Positions 14,334 through 28,028 of a stretch of 64,000 nt of DNA are shown piece by piece; position 1 is the stretch's first letter, and each line of letters begins with the position of its first letter. The DNA lies in the NCBI GenBank assembly GCA_951406725.2, contig OX597814.1, positions 152,334,001 to 152,398,000 of the forward strand, written 5' to 3'. The notes beneath the pieces are model-generated. The model did no database searches, was not told the origin of the DNA, and saw nothing but the letters and a program-made list of their open reading frames with translations. This DNA is from Octopus vulgaris (lineage: Eukaryota). Both the position numbers and the translations under genes were made by a program.

Positions 14334-14575
14334 GTTATTATTTGAGGGAATAAAATCCAAACTTACAAGGAAAAAAATTCAGTTTAGAAATACTAAATCA
14401 AATTTCACACAATATAATATATATATATATAAAAATTAGAAAAAAAACTCCTTTTATCAATTCAAAATGAACAATTAAATTACACCATCTAGAAAATTAC
14501 ATATAATAGAAATATTAAAATTAAAATAACAATAACATGTCAATGATTAAGTAAATTGCAAAGTAATAATAAAAA
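14334..14575. repeat. AT-rich dispersed repeat beside (TA)n; solo copy of the element at 20110-20508
   Basis: TTTGAGGGAATAAAATCCAAACTTACAAGG...TTACACCATCTAGAAAATTACATATAATAG is shared between the two loci. Confidence 0.9.
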
Positions 14576-14609
14576 CGTATATATACACACACATATACAC
14601 GCACAAATT

Positions 14610-14960
14610 TTCTTTTGCTTACTTCAGTCATTAGACTGCAGCCATGCTGGGGTACCGCCATAAAAGATTTAGTCGAATAAATCGACCCCAGTATTTATCC
14701 TTAACTCGGTATTTATTCTATCGGTCTCGTTATGCCGAGTCACTACCTATTGAAAACGTAAACAAACCAACACCAGCTGTCAACAGATAGTTGGGGACAA
14801 ACAAAAACACAAGCGACAGGTTTCTTTCAGTTTCCATCTGCCGAACTCACTCAACAGTTTTTGATCGACTCGAGGCTATAGTAGAAAACTCTTGCTCAAG
14901 ATGCTGTACAGTGTACACAGAATCATGTGGAAAGCGAATTCCTTAAACGCACAGACACAA
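14610..14960 (-). mobile_element. SINE family B, diverged
   Basis: TTCAGTCATTAGACTGCAGCCATGCTGG...TTCTTTCAGTTTCC. Confidence 0.8.
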
Positions 14961-15949
14961 TGTCTATATTCATATTTATATATAATTTCGCGCGTAAATA
15001 AGCGCAAATGCATGCTTGATTGAATAGTACTGTCTAGGTGTCGAAAGCATAGTGATATCTGTTTGGCAGCTGATGATGGAATTACATATCATTATACCTG
15101 TTTGTGGATTGTTAGTTTCATTATTCTGAGTTATCCTTCGTTTTAGATTCTAGTAAAGTGGAAAGTGTTTGTCGAGTCATGGTCTGTGGAGATTACTTAC
15201 ATTGATGTTGCTTGTCTGTCTTCATAGAAAACCTTATTAGGCTTAGATAAAGCTTAGATATTGGTGTCTAGTTTTGGAAGTCTTCTGTGGCATATATATC
15301 TATACATGTATGTATGTATGTATGTATGTATGTATGTATGTATGTATGTATGTATGTGTAATTTCCACGGTTGATTCCCAATTCTAATAATTTTTATATT
15401 TTAAGTCTAATTACTTTCTTGTATTATAGTGCTCACTTACTTAGTAAATATTGCTTTCATTATTTTATCAGACATAATCTTTTTTAAATAAACATCATGG
15501 TAGTCCAACTATGTTTAATGTGCGAAAAAATAGCAGCGATCACATAGAGATATTTTAATACCTGTAGTATATCAAATAGACATAGCAACATATTCCCTTG
15601 CTAATTCTTAGATAACGAGAGAAAGAAGATAAGTAAATTTTAATAGGTTGTCCAATATAATTTATTTTCAGTATGTATAAACAATAAACTAAGGATATTT
15701 ACACAGCGAATTTAAGTCAACAAAATATCTGATTTTTTCATCTGAAATAACGAAGTAAAACTTGAAATGAAAATATTGCAATGGATATGTATTAAGTAAA
15801 TCATTATTAATGAAAACAATTAGAGGCAGGAGAGTGAGACTGTGTTGCAAATGAAAACGAAAAACTTTGTCAGAACATATTAATATTGTTTATCAAATGT
15901 TAAAACCTACTCTGCAGTGAACGAAAAGCTTGGCATCAAATGTTACTAT

Positions 15950-16280
15950 ACCAAACTTTCTTTTATCAGAATGACCTTCTGTAAGAAGTCTTAGATTGGT
16001 TGTCAACTCTACTACTTCCACATGATTGCAAAGAAAAGATCTCTTTAGTGTTGCATCAACAATTTATGATCTGACACCATTAATTTGAAGTAGAATATTC
16101 TCCTCTTGAGATACCCTAACCAGTCGGTCATGTGTAGCGGAAACAGAATCATGTCCACGTCTCCGTGCATATTCAGACATCTATTTCAGTCGCTTTGTTC
16201 TGGTTTCATCTGATTCAGTTGCCCGTTTTTCTGTCTGCCGTTGTGCCTTTGCTGCTAAATTTTCTTTTTCAGCTGCATGT
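15950..16280 (-). pseudogene. Helitron Rep/Helicase fragments
   Basis: LAAKAQRQTEKRATESDETRTKRL resembles RepHel N-terminal charged repeats. GVRS*IVDATLKRSFLCNHVEVVELTTNLRL resembles the Pif1 helicase LTxNMR region. Confidence 0.65.
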
Positions 16281-16289
16281 TATAAGTGA

Positions 16290-16800
16290 AAGTTCGTTAA
16301 AACTATCTTATTTAGCGTGCTAGAAATAGCAACGATCACATAGTTATTACCGTAAGGCTTATAGCATTCTAAGCAGCTATACTAACAAAATCACTTTTTC
16401 ATTTAAAAGAAAAAAAAATTCTACCAGTATATTAAAGAATTTTTTATTTTATCAAGAATATTCATTTAACGAACTCTGAAAACTGATAATATTCGTGAAA
16501 TTGTGCCTTGTATCAAAGTTATGCAGCTATTTTCTGTAAACATGAAATGAAAAAAAAATCGTATAAATGAAAGCGTGTTAAAAACTATCTTGTTTAGCGT
16601 GCTAGAAATAGCAGCGATCACATAGTTATTATTGTAAGGCTTATAGCCTTCTAAGCAGCTATACCAACAAAATCACTTCATTAAAAAAGAAATTATACCA
16701 CAATATTAAAGAATTTTCATTTTATCAAAAATATTCATTTAACAAACTCCGGAAATTGATAATATTCTTGAAACTGTGTCTCGTATCGAAGTTATGTAGC
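16290..16800. repeat. Tandem duplication, period ~282 bp
   Basis: TTTAGCGTGCTAGAAATAGCA(A/G)CGATCACATAGTTATT...AAGTTATG repeats at ~16311 and ~16593. Related older pieces lie at 15520 and at 15800/16810. Confidence 0.85.
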
Positions 16801-17057
16801 TATTATTAAATTATCATTAATGAAAACAGAAACTAGCGAGAATGAGAGACTGTTGCAAATAAAAACGTAAAATATTGTCTGCAACGAATTATTATTTTTT
16901 ATTATTAAACATTAAAAATCTACTCAGCAGTGAATGCAATGAATATTTAAATTTATGAAGAATTGGACGCAGCGACTGAAATGAATATCTAAATTTGCGA
17001 GAATTTGGAGTTTAAAAAATTCAGTAAACTTCAGAAATCGAAATTATAGGAAATTTC

Positions 17058-17893
17058 TAAGAACTGTGCAAAAGTTTCCGGCTACCACACAAACCAATCA
17101 AGATACAGTGTTTTAAAACAGAAAATGTACATAATGAAAATTTATTGCCTAATTTACATTTCAAGAAGTTACTGTACATTGTTAATATTTCGTATGGATT
17201 CCCTTAGCTTGAATAATTGCTTTAATGCGCCTGGGAAGAGATACGTAGAAATCCTTCACCATCTTCACAGATATGCCATTTTCTGTGACTGAGCTCCCAC
17301 AACTCTTCGAGATTGCGTTGATTCTTCTGACGAACTCTTCTCTTTAGTTCTGTTCGCGTTTGCTCGATGATATTTATGCTAGGGCTCTGGACTCGCCAAT
17401 CTTTCAATACAGTAACACCTTCGTCAGCTAGACTGTTGTGTTGCATACGATCTGCGGCATGGAGCTCCGAAATGATGAAAAATCTCACCTTCATCCAAGT
17501 CTGGTATCAAACTGTCCTTCAGCAACTGGATTTGACACTATTCAAGTTTACCGCCATTTTTAACCAATTCTCTTGAACCATCACTTTTTACGTATCCCTA
17601 AAGCATCAGATTCTTACTTCAAACTTCACTGTTTTCGTTGTGTAACGTGGGTCGTTTCGCTTTCCTAGAGGCCTTCTGAGAAATTCTTGCTTATTTTTTG
17701 TGGTTCTCTCACATCTTGCCCTTTCATTCAGAATCCCTACTACAAAGTATAATGACTAGGTATAGAAATGACCCCAACAGGGCCAATATTTCATCTGTAA
17801 AAAAACGCAATGCGAAACATCCACTTATAAGTTGGCAATTAGTAAAAATTTACAATAGTTTAAAGTGGCCGAAGACTCTTGTGCGGTATTGTA
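17058..17893 (-). mobile_element. Decayed Tc1-like transposon (internally deleted)
   Basis: Peptide VLKDWRVQSPSINIIEQTRTELKRRV...NLEELW matches the Tc1 WPxQSPDLNPIE region. Degenerate TIRs ACTGTGCAAAAGTTTCCGGCTAC and ACCGCACAAGAGTCTTCGGCCAC match at 16/23, with all mismatches being transitions. Confidence 0.75.
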
Positions 17894-19478
17894 AATGTAC
17901 GTATGCTGTTATCATGTTTGCACCTGTGTTCTAATTGAAAGAAGTTCACAACTTAAAGCAATACAAACGCAACATTGACAGACGCTTAACATTCCATCTT
18001 TCATAATGGATTTACTTAAATGCCATTTCGCTTGACTGACGAGCAACAATAAGGATGCTTTAGTCTGAAAGTCTACCACCAACTTGCTAATGCGTAATAC
18101 TTCTTTCAGAATGATTTTCTTACAAAGATAGACGACCAGATATTTGTGAACGGGGACAGTCGATTATATCGATCGAATCCACTTCTTGATTAATGTATAT
18201 CTTAACAGTGACAATCTCGATTGTCTGAATATATATAAAAATATATTGTTACATGTTTTTAAAAGACAATAGTGAATGATTTGAGTAATCTGGCTGTTAT
18301 TTAAACGACCGTGTATTGGTTTGTTTTTTTTTATACATATTTCTGTTTGTCTTCTACATTGTATAATTGCACGAGAATATATCACAGAAACAGCGACTGC
18401 TCTATTACAGCTTATTGCCCTGACAGTATCATGAATGAGATCCGAATCAAGAGAGTGCTAGACAAATATCGTGTTGCATGAGGTTTGTGTTCAAGTCGGT
18501 AGCATTAGAACTCAAAACATAAGGCTCCTTAACATATAATACAAGGTACTCGTAACGCTCTAACGATTCTGCCCATTTGGAAAACAGAAACAAAGATTTT
18601 TAAAATAAAAGCATGAGTAAACGAGGAAACTTCTGCATAATTGGTCGATGTAGTAGAAATAGTAACCAAATATTTCTTAATTCAGACACAATAATCTTTA
18701 AAAAAGGAAGGACTTAAGGACCTATTAAACGATGCACTTTGTTTCAAAATACGATACGTTAGTTATAGTTGGAATGCATTTGCTCTGATGAATGTCAACC
18801 AACTTGGTCACCCTACAAGCTAGAAATTTTCTTTCACATAACATTCTGCTATCTCAAACTAATTGATGGTTTGGGCGGACTTTAAAACTACAAATACAAT
18901 CCATTTGACTGGTTACCCCAGTTTCCGGCTACCCAGTCTCATTACAATATTTAGATCCATCCGAAGTATGTTTCAAATCTCTTGCCCAAGATGATACGCA
19001 ATGGGATTATAAGCCTGAAGCTCTTGAGTGCTAAGCGAATTTCTTAACCATCGGACATGCCAGTTATTCATCGTCAATAAATGTTTCTAGAGACAGGAAA
19101 TACAAAAGACATGCATTCTCAGTACAAAGAAGTTATGGCAAGCCTTGATGATGAAATATGGCTCTAAAGAGAACTTCATCATCAATAAACAAGATCAATG
19201 GAAACTAAGAAAAAATTCCATTCCTAAATAAATCAGTTTAGTTATCTACTGGTGTCTTCCTTCTTTCTTCAGCCGAACTCAGTAGTCCACAATCCCTCTC
19301 ACATACACACAATGTTGAAGAAAGGTAATGGTTGCGGTTCGTCACCGCCCTGATTACGTCATATATAAGGTTTCCTTATTACCTGGTTGAATAGAAATAA
19401 AGATCGACTAAAAAGTTAGAAAAGTTAGAAGAGATTAATTTATATATAGATAGACAGACATACATACAGTTAGTTAGT

Positions 19479-19608
<130 letters not shown>

Positions 19609-20054
19609 GGACATAGATAAGGAGGGAGAAAATGTGAACAAAGAGAGCTACGTATAGGAGAGAGTTACAGTTACCTTACAGTTGAAATTGTGAAACAATA
19701 ACTGAAGTGTCTCATGAGATAGACTGGTGGGATGGACAATAGATTAATCGAATATATCGATAGATGTTTCTATGAGCTCTGATGCATGTAAGGACAGGTT
19801 TGTGTTTTATTTTGTATTTTGTTATTTACATAGCCTCTAGTCAAACACTGAGGGAATATGTAGAACTAAGAGAGATGTGGTGAGTCAGTGGCTTGTTTCT
19901 TAACTTCTTTTCTGCGTCAATCGTCTGTTAGAGACACGTGTATAAGTTGTCGCCTGCGAAACGTGCAGAATATGAAGGGGTCCATCGACGTTTTTCACTC
20001 AGTTTCTCTCTCTTTCTACAACACACACAACACACACACACACACACGAATATA

Positions 20055-20109
<55 letters not shown>

Positions 20110-20197
20110 TTATTATTTGAGGGAATAAAATCCAAACTTACAAGGAAAAAGAATTCAATTTAGAAATACTAAATCAAATTCCACACAAAAATAATAT

Positions 20198-20508
20198 ATA
20201 TAAAATATTAGAAAAAACCCACGTTTTATCAATTCAAAATGAATAATTAAATTACACCATCTAGAAAATTACATATAATAGAAAAGTTGAAATTAAAATA
20301 ACAATTAAAAAGTAAAGATTAAGTAAATTATAAGAATAATATAATGTATTATATTATATACATTATATTATTCTTGTAATTTACTTAATCTTTACTTTTT
20401 AATTGTTATTTTAATTTTAACTTTTCTATTATATGTAATTTTCTAGATGGTGTAATTTAATTATTCATTTTGAATTGATAAAAGGTGGATCTTTTCTAAT
20501 ATTTTATA
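20198..20508. repeat. Long inverted repeat (~150-bp arms, short loop) between (TA)n tracts
   Basis: 20198-20349 is nearly the reverse complement of 20357-20508. Confidence 0.9.
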
Positions 20509-20526
20509 CATATATATATATATACA

Positions 20527-21014
<488 letters not shown>

Positions 21015-21365
21015 GGAGGAGATGAGTGTACAATATAAAAAGAACTGGCCGTCAAACAGGTATGACTCGACTGCAGGTACCACGTTTTCAATAACTATTT
21101 CTGTGGTCACGAGCAGACAGGGCTCTTTGGGCTTTCCTATATTTCACCCTTCGGAGTATCAACGGTGTCACAGCTGCAAAGTGAGAAAATTGCACCAAAA
21201 CTTTTCAGATTTTCAACTGAGTATGCTTGTTTGATGTGAAACGTGCCGTTTGAGAGAACATAAGAGTCAAGAATCGAACTCATGATCTTACTTTTGTAAA
21301 CCCTTCACATTAACCTCTACTTCGAGCGACTTCATTTATATTTATGATTATGTATTAATGAACTA

Positions 21366-21541
21366 TAGGCGCAGTTATGACAGTGTGGTTCAGAAACTCA
21401 CTTTGCAACTACCTTTACTTCGGTTTCTACCCCACCCCTGCGCAGCATTTTCGGCAAATGTTTTCTATTATCACCTTGGGTTGACCAAGCTTTCTGAGTG
21501 AACTTGGTAGATGGGAACTGTGTGGAAACCCATTGTATATA

Positions 21542-21589
<48 letters not shown>

Positions 21590-21845
21590 TGTGTACTTTT
21601 GAGTGTATTTGTGGTTGTCTTTGTGTGTGTCTTTGTGTTTGTTTGGCCACCCTCACTGCTTGACAACCGGCGTTGGCTTGTCTACGTCCCCGCAACTTAC
21701 CAGTTCAGCAAATGAATCTGATAGAATAAGTATCAGATTTTTAAAAAAGAATAAGTACTTGGGTAGATTTGTTCGACTAAACACTTCAAGACAGTCTCGT
21801 TGCATGGCCTCAGTTCAATCTCTGAAACAAGTAAAATATAAAAAG
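21366..21845 (+). mobile_element. SINE family B, diverged, internal (TG)n
   Basis: AGGCGCAG head and GCTTGACAACCG...GATAGAATAAGTA...CTGAAACAAGTAAAA tail. Confidence 0.8.
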
Positions 21846-23623
21846 TTATTGATTCTCAAGTTTTGTGACTTTGTGTCTATGTTATAAATTATTATAAAAA
21901 TTGGATTATAAATTATTTTCTAATTATTTATAATTTAATGTTTATAATAAGTTCTAACAGACACAAAGCCGCAATTATTAAGTGATCAATATCTTAACTT
22001 AAGCGGACCCGGTAATCAATTAGCACTATATTTTATCGACCACAGAAAGTTAGCAAATTTATGCTACTATTTCTAGCCTGTCGCATTACCGTGTGGCGGA
22101 GCCATCTTTGGCGTGTTTGAAATATGAAAATCTTCACTCATTTTAGTGCTATTCTTGCGCTAGCTTATATTAGCTTCGCCAATACATATACAAAACAAAG
22201 AAATCTAACTAAATACTATCTCCACCTACTTTCAACATCCGCAAAATTAGGTTAATAATATTTTCGTCTTAAATTTTTTGCGGAAACCACACCCTAGGTT
22301 TCTGTACACTAGCGCTTTCAGAAAAACGTTTTGTGATATATGTAAAAGTTGTCGCTAACGTTGGATCCGAGTCCAGCCATCATATAGTGATCTGCATTGA
22401 ATGGGATTCCAACCGTGACAATATTTTTCTGTATATCAGTGACTACATTTTCCAATGCGTTTTGTTTCAGACTGGAGCATGTAATTTGAGTGATATTTGG
22501 TTATTACTTCTAGCAGATGAAGTTACTGCATCAAGGATCTCTTGCTGGTACATTATATTCCAAACACAATCTGACCAAGATTCAACTTAGTTTTTTATTA
22601 GAGTTTTATTAGTCCTCACATTAAGAAGAAATTCTTAAAACGAGTTTAAATCCAACATCTAAATGAATAGAACTCAACCCCCTAATTATCTTACAAGTCT
22701 CGTAATATCTCTTCTCGTGAGTGCGAGACTGTGAGAGGACTGTAGTTGTTGGTTTTGCTACTGTCGATGTTGTTGGTAGTGCTTCTGTTACTGTTATCCT
22801 CAGATCAGCTCTAAATAAGCAGATCCATGATCAAATGTTTTTCAACTAGGATTGCATTTTATTTATGTTTAATTTATCTACGGCTACGTATCTTTAAGTA
22901 TCCTTTTTTACTGAAGACGGCAAGATGTGATTTGAGCTAAATTGTACTGCTATTTTTGGCGTATCGCATGACCGTGTCGAGGAACTTTCGTTAGCGAGTT
23001 TGAAATATAAAACGAAAATTCACTGGTTTAAGTGCCATCCTTGCGCAAGCCTGTATTAGCGTCTCCAGTACTAACACAAAAGTGAGAACGATAAAGAGAT
23101 AGCATGAAGAGAATCGCTTGGTATTATGGAAGAAAGAAAGCGAAAAGTCGTGGTTTCTGTGTATTTCTTAATGGCTTCTGCACATTTGTTGAAGTTGTTG
23201 CGATCGATCAATCGATAGATCTATCTGTATGTTATAATAAATTGTCAGATTGAATTGAGTGGAGGAGACTATTAAAATTGGCTTTCAATCATAAATTTTT
23301 ACCTAAAAAGTAAAAAGCTATGAAGTGTTTCTATATTTCATGTTATAATTACGAGATAGAGAGAAAGCTAGATAATAGGTCTGAGTTTGCGTGCATGAAT
23401 GTTTGTGCTTTTATATGCGTGTGTATGGATATATGTTACATGATATCGTCTATTACAGGAAAAATTCCCTTACTTCAAGTTTCCTATTTAGTTGAGAACT
23501 AAAAAAACTTATCAAATTTGAATTTTCAATTAAATAAGAAGCTTGAAGTATCAAGGTTTTACTTGTAATACATTACAACCTATTATATCTAAATACATGT
23601 GTATGTGTGCGCGTGTGTGTATA

Positions 23624-23692
<69 letters not shown>

Positions 23693-23719
23693 ATTCGTAT
23701 ATAAAAATATGTACATTCG

Positions 23720-23757
<38 letters not shown>

Positions 23758-24520
23758 CATACATATATACATTCATATATATAAATATATATATATTTAT
23801 ATATATATATATAAATTCATATATATATATATATTCTTATATCTGTAAATGTAATATGTGACAATTATTTGGTAGCCAAGATAAAACTCCGAGTTTCGGA
23901 TGTATGTATGTATTTATGTAAGTGTGTGTGTGTGTAGGCATGTGCTTATATACTTATGTAGGAGCATATGCATACGGTGAAGAACAAAAAGCAAAGCACA
24001 AAATAACCAAAATAAAAAAAACAAACAAATTTCTAATTAATACTATTAGCTTGATGCTCTCGAGGAAGGAAAAAAAGTTAATGAGTATAACGTTTCAGAT
24101 ATTGTCCTTTTTCGGATACTGGAAAAGGAGATGAGAGACAATCCGGAGAAGCTGAGGCATAAAAAATGGAAACAAATTTTAAAAAGTAACGTACCTAAGG
24201 TATTCACCAACTCCCCTTCCAACACATGCAAGGTTATCGATCATTTGCATAAAGGGTAAAAGTGTATATTTCTGGAGTGTCGACATTGATTGTTGTATTT
24301 ACAGCAGGACACTGATAAGGTAAAATGAATGATCCCATAATGTTTTTGCAACTGCTGTGTAATTATTTCAGCATTTTGGGGAAATGCGTGAATTTACCAT
24401 AAGGCTTTTACTACCACATGTTTTCTGCTTATTATTAGTTCTTTTATCTCTCTCTATCTATGTATCTTTATATATATACATAAATATACACACACATGTA
24501 TACATACATACATACATACA

Positions 24521-24570
<50 letters not shown>

Positions 24571-24689
24571 ATCCTACATTTGTATTAATAGCCTATTTTT
24601 ATTCGTATAAACCATTTTACAAACACAAGCACGCAATCATAAATACATACATATATATCATATCATACATTTGAGTGTGTCAGTGTGTC

Positions 24690-24765
<76 letters not shown>

Positions 24766-24949
24766 TGTGTGCGTGTGTGTGTGTGTGATGGTAAAGTGGT
24801 TCACTTGAAACGAATTGTTTAGTGTCATGGAAGAAAAATTGGAAAGTCGTGTCATCTATGTATTTCTTAAGGGTTTCTGCACAATTGCTGAAACTGTTTC
24901 GATCGATAGAATTGTTATGATAACTCGTGAGAAAAATATCCTAAAAACA

Positions 24950-25480
24950 GCAACAAATAATTAGAATACAAATATAAACCCTCTCAGAAGAATTCTATAA
25001 TAAACAAAACAAAAAGAAACATCAAGCTGCGTTTCAGTTAAAACTTAGCGACAAATGTGGGGGAAAAACTGCGTAGCATTAATCATCGAAAACCTCCAAA
25101 TGGACTACAGATACCACGAACAATTCAGTAGGAGCACCGAAAAAATTAGCTGCACAAGAAGCCAATAAGATATCATCTAAGTTATAAACAGCAATATATT
25201 TCAAAGCCTACTGTTAACAGTCAAAAATGAATGTATCTACGACAAATCGAAGTTAAACTTGTGAAGAAGGAAATACCTAAACAAAGAAGTGATCTACAAG
25301 AGAGCCATGCCACCTGTATTGTAGCCACAGAATGAACGTTCAAAGTCGGATTCACACAACAAATACATTCATTCTGCAATATTTATGGGAAAATGAAATT
25401 CCCCTATCAAAGTACAATGGGTCTTAAAGGAGAATAATATAAATATAAAAGGAATAATTACTTGCAGTATCATACCTTAT
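24950..25480 (+). pseudogene. Highly decayed Penelope-like element (linker and GIY-YIG region)
   Basis: Broken frames LATNVG, LNKEVIYK and CIVATE*TFKVGFTQ resemble the PLE motifs KTNVGK, VIYKA and YIGxTExxFKxR. Confidence 0.5.
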
Positions 25481-25696
25481 ATAAATGGCACCAGTATATG
25501 CATTGTAGAATATATAAACCACAATTACTTTACAAGTATGATGGTTCTAGATGAAAAATAAGATGCATTTACGTTACAGAAACGAAAATAAAGTTAATGT
25601 TAATAGATTAACGTTAACTTCCGTTAAATTTTCAAACGAAGAATTAACGCTTTAACGATTAACGAAGTTAGCTTTTCGATTATCGGTGCCCACTTC

Positions 25697-25813
<117 letters not shown>

Positions 25814-26129
25814 ATATTGGAAAATAGGTATATGTGTTCGTGTGTGAAGGAAAAGTGATTAATATAAAAAAGAATGGAGGAAATAAACTGACACTGATAA
25901 TGAAGGTCAACAATATGGTTGAGGGAATTGAAATAACTAAGGAAAGGGTTTTAAGTACTAAACAAATACCAAAATGTATGTGTGTGTATATGTATATATG
26001 TGTGTGTGTGTGTGTGTGTGTTTGTGTGTTTGTATATAAATAATATATAAATATATGCATATATACATATATATATATGTACATTCCTACGTATGTATAT
26101 ATACATGCATATATGGGTATAGGACATCA

Positions 26130-26460
26130 AAACCCGTAGACAAAATGAGAAACGAGTACATAAAAATCAAAAGCATAGAAAACGAACTTTTTCGAACAAC
26201 GAAAAAAAAAACAAACAGAGAAACGAGACATGTAACATAAAGAACATTCTCTTCATCAGTTGTCCCCTGTTTTATCTACTCTGCGTTTTCGAAGGTAATG
26301 ACAAGACGCGACTTCGTTAAAACAGTCCTTCCCGCAAACAAATTAAATAAAATTTGGGATTTTTTGCGGAGGGTGAAACACTTCATATTGTCTTGGCTTA
26401 ACAGCCCTCACCGTTTGTTTTTACTGTTTCGTTCTCACTGTCCTGTTTTTGTTATCACTT
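26130..26460 (-). mobile_element. Putative PLE pseudo-LTR/UTR repeat
   Basis: CAACTGATGAAGAGAATGTTCTTTATGTT and the upstream TTTGCGGG..CTGTTTTA..CGAAA motif are shared with 46715-46930(+), which abuts PLE coding sequence, and partly with 10680-10790(-). Confidence 0.55.
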
Positions 26461-26486
26461 CCATGTATATAATATATATGGCACTC

Positions 26487-26655
26487 CATCGGTTATGACG
26501 ACGAGAATTCAAGTTCATCCGATCAACAGAACAGACTGTCCGTGAAATTAACGCGCAAGTGGCTCAGCGACCCACAGGTACGTGTACCCTAAACGTAGTT
26601 CTCAGAGAGATTCGGGGTGACGCAGAGTGACAAGGCTGGCCCTTTGAAATACAAA
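26487..26655 (-). mobile_element. SINE tail fragment (same tail as 12110-12250)
   Basis: GATCAACAGAACAG...GTGACAAGGCTGGC is the reverse complement of 12120-12230. Confidence 0.7.
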
Positions 26656-26775
26656 GTAATATAAAATAGATAGATAGATATGCATACACACACATATATA
26701 CGTATGTATGTATGTTTGTATGTATGTATGTATGTATGTATGTATGTATGTATGTATGTATGTATGTATGTATGA

Positions 26776-27350
26776 AGGCGGCGAACTGGCAGAAACGTTA
26801 ACATGCCGGGCAAAATACTAAGCGGTATTTCGTCTATGTTCTGAGTTCAAATTCGCCGAGGTCGACTTTGCCTTTCATCCTTTCGGGGTCGATAAATTAA
26901 GTACCAGTTACGCACTGGGGTCGATGTAATCGACTTAATCCGTTTGTCTGTCCTTGTTTGTCCCCTCTGTGTTTAACCCCTTGTGGGTAGTAAAGAAATA
27001 GGTATTTCGTCTGTCTTTACGTCATGAGTCCAAATTCCACGAGGTCGACTTTGCCTTTCATCCTTTCGGGGTCGATAAATTAAGTACCAGTTACGCACTG
27101 GGGTCGATGTAATCGACTTAATCCGTTTGTCTGTCCTTGTTTGTCCCCTCTGTGTTTAACCCCTTGTGGGTAGTAAAGAAATAGGTATTTCGTCTGTCTT
27201 TACGTCATGAGTCCAAATTCCACCGAGGTCGACTTTGCCTTTCATCGTTTTCGGGGTCGATAAATTAAATACCAGTTGCGTACTGGAGTCGGTCTAATCG
27301 ACTGGCCCCCTCCCCAAAAATTTCAGGCCTTATGCCTAGAGTAGAAAAGT
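26776..27350 (+). mobile_element. SINE family A with one head and three tandem bodies
   Basis: A ~180-bp unit beginning GGTATTTCGTCT recurs at 26824, 27001 and 27184. Confidence 0.9.
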
Positions 27351-27646
27351 ATATATGTATACTTACACACAAGGAGAGAGAAAGAGAGAGAGAGAGTTCT
27401 ATTATTTCTGAAAGTTAGAAATCATGCGGCCTAGAGATTAGAGTATTGTAATCACGATCGCCAGACCGTGGGTTCGATTTGATGGAGGGTGTGAGCTAAT
27501 ATACAGCACATACATTTGATAAATCATTTGTGCAAGTCATTTGGCCAAAGCGAAACACTCATTCATCGTCTTCCACGGGGGATTCCTACATATATATATG
27601 ATGGCTTAGCTCGCCAAAACTTCGAAGTCACTGTCAATACTTTTCT

Positions 27647-28028
27647 TACTCTTTTACTTGTTTCAGTCATTTGACTGTAGCTATGCTGGAGCACCCCAGG
27701 ACTTACTCTTTGTATGCCTAGTACTTATTCTATCGGTCTCTTTTGCCGAACCGCTAAGTGACGGGGACATAAACACACCAGCATCGGTTGTCAAGCAATG
27801 CGGGGGGTGGGGTGGAACACAGACACACAAACATATATACACACACACATATATACATATATACGATGGGCTTCTTTCAGCTTCCATCTACCAAATTCAC
27901 TCACAAGGATTTGGTCGGCCCAAAGGCTGTAGTAGAAGACACTAGCCCAAGGTACCACGCAGTGGGACTGAACCCAGAACCATGTGGTTGATAAGCAAGC
28001 TACTTACCACACAGCCACTCCTGCGCCT
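27647..28028 (-). mobile_element. SINE family B, near full length
   Basis: Reverse-complement match including the head (ACCACACAGCCACTCCTGCGCC). Confidence 0.9.

Noticed and set aside
26824-27350. Regular direct repeats suggesting a CRISPR-like array
   Set aside because: Units are ~180-bp SINE bodies with no unique spacers, in eukaryotic DNA with no cas genes.
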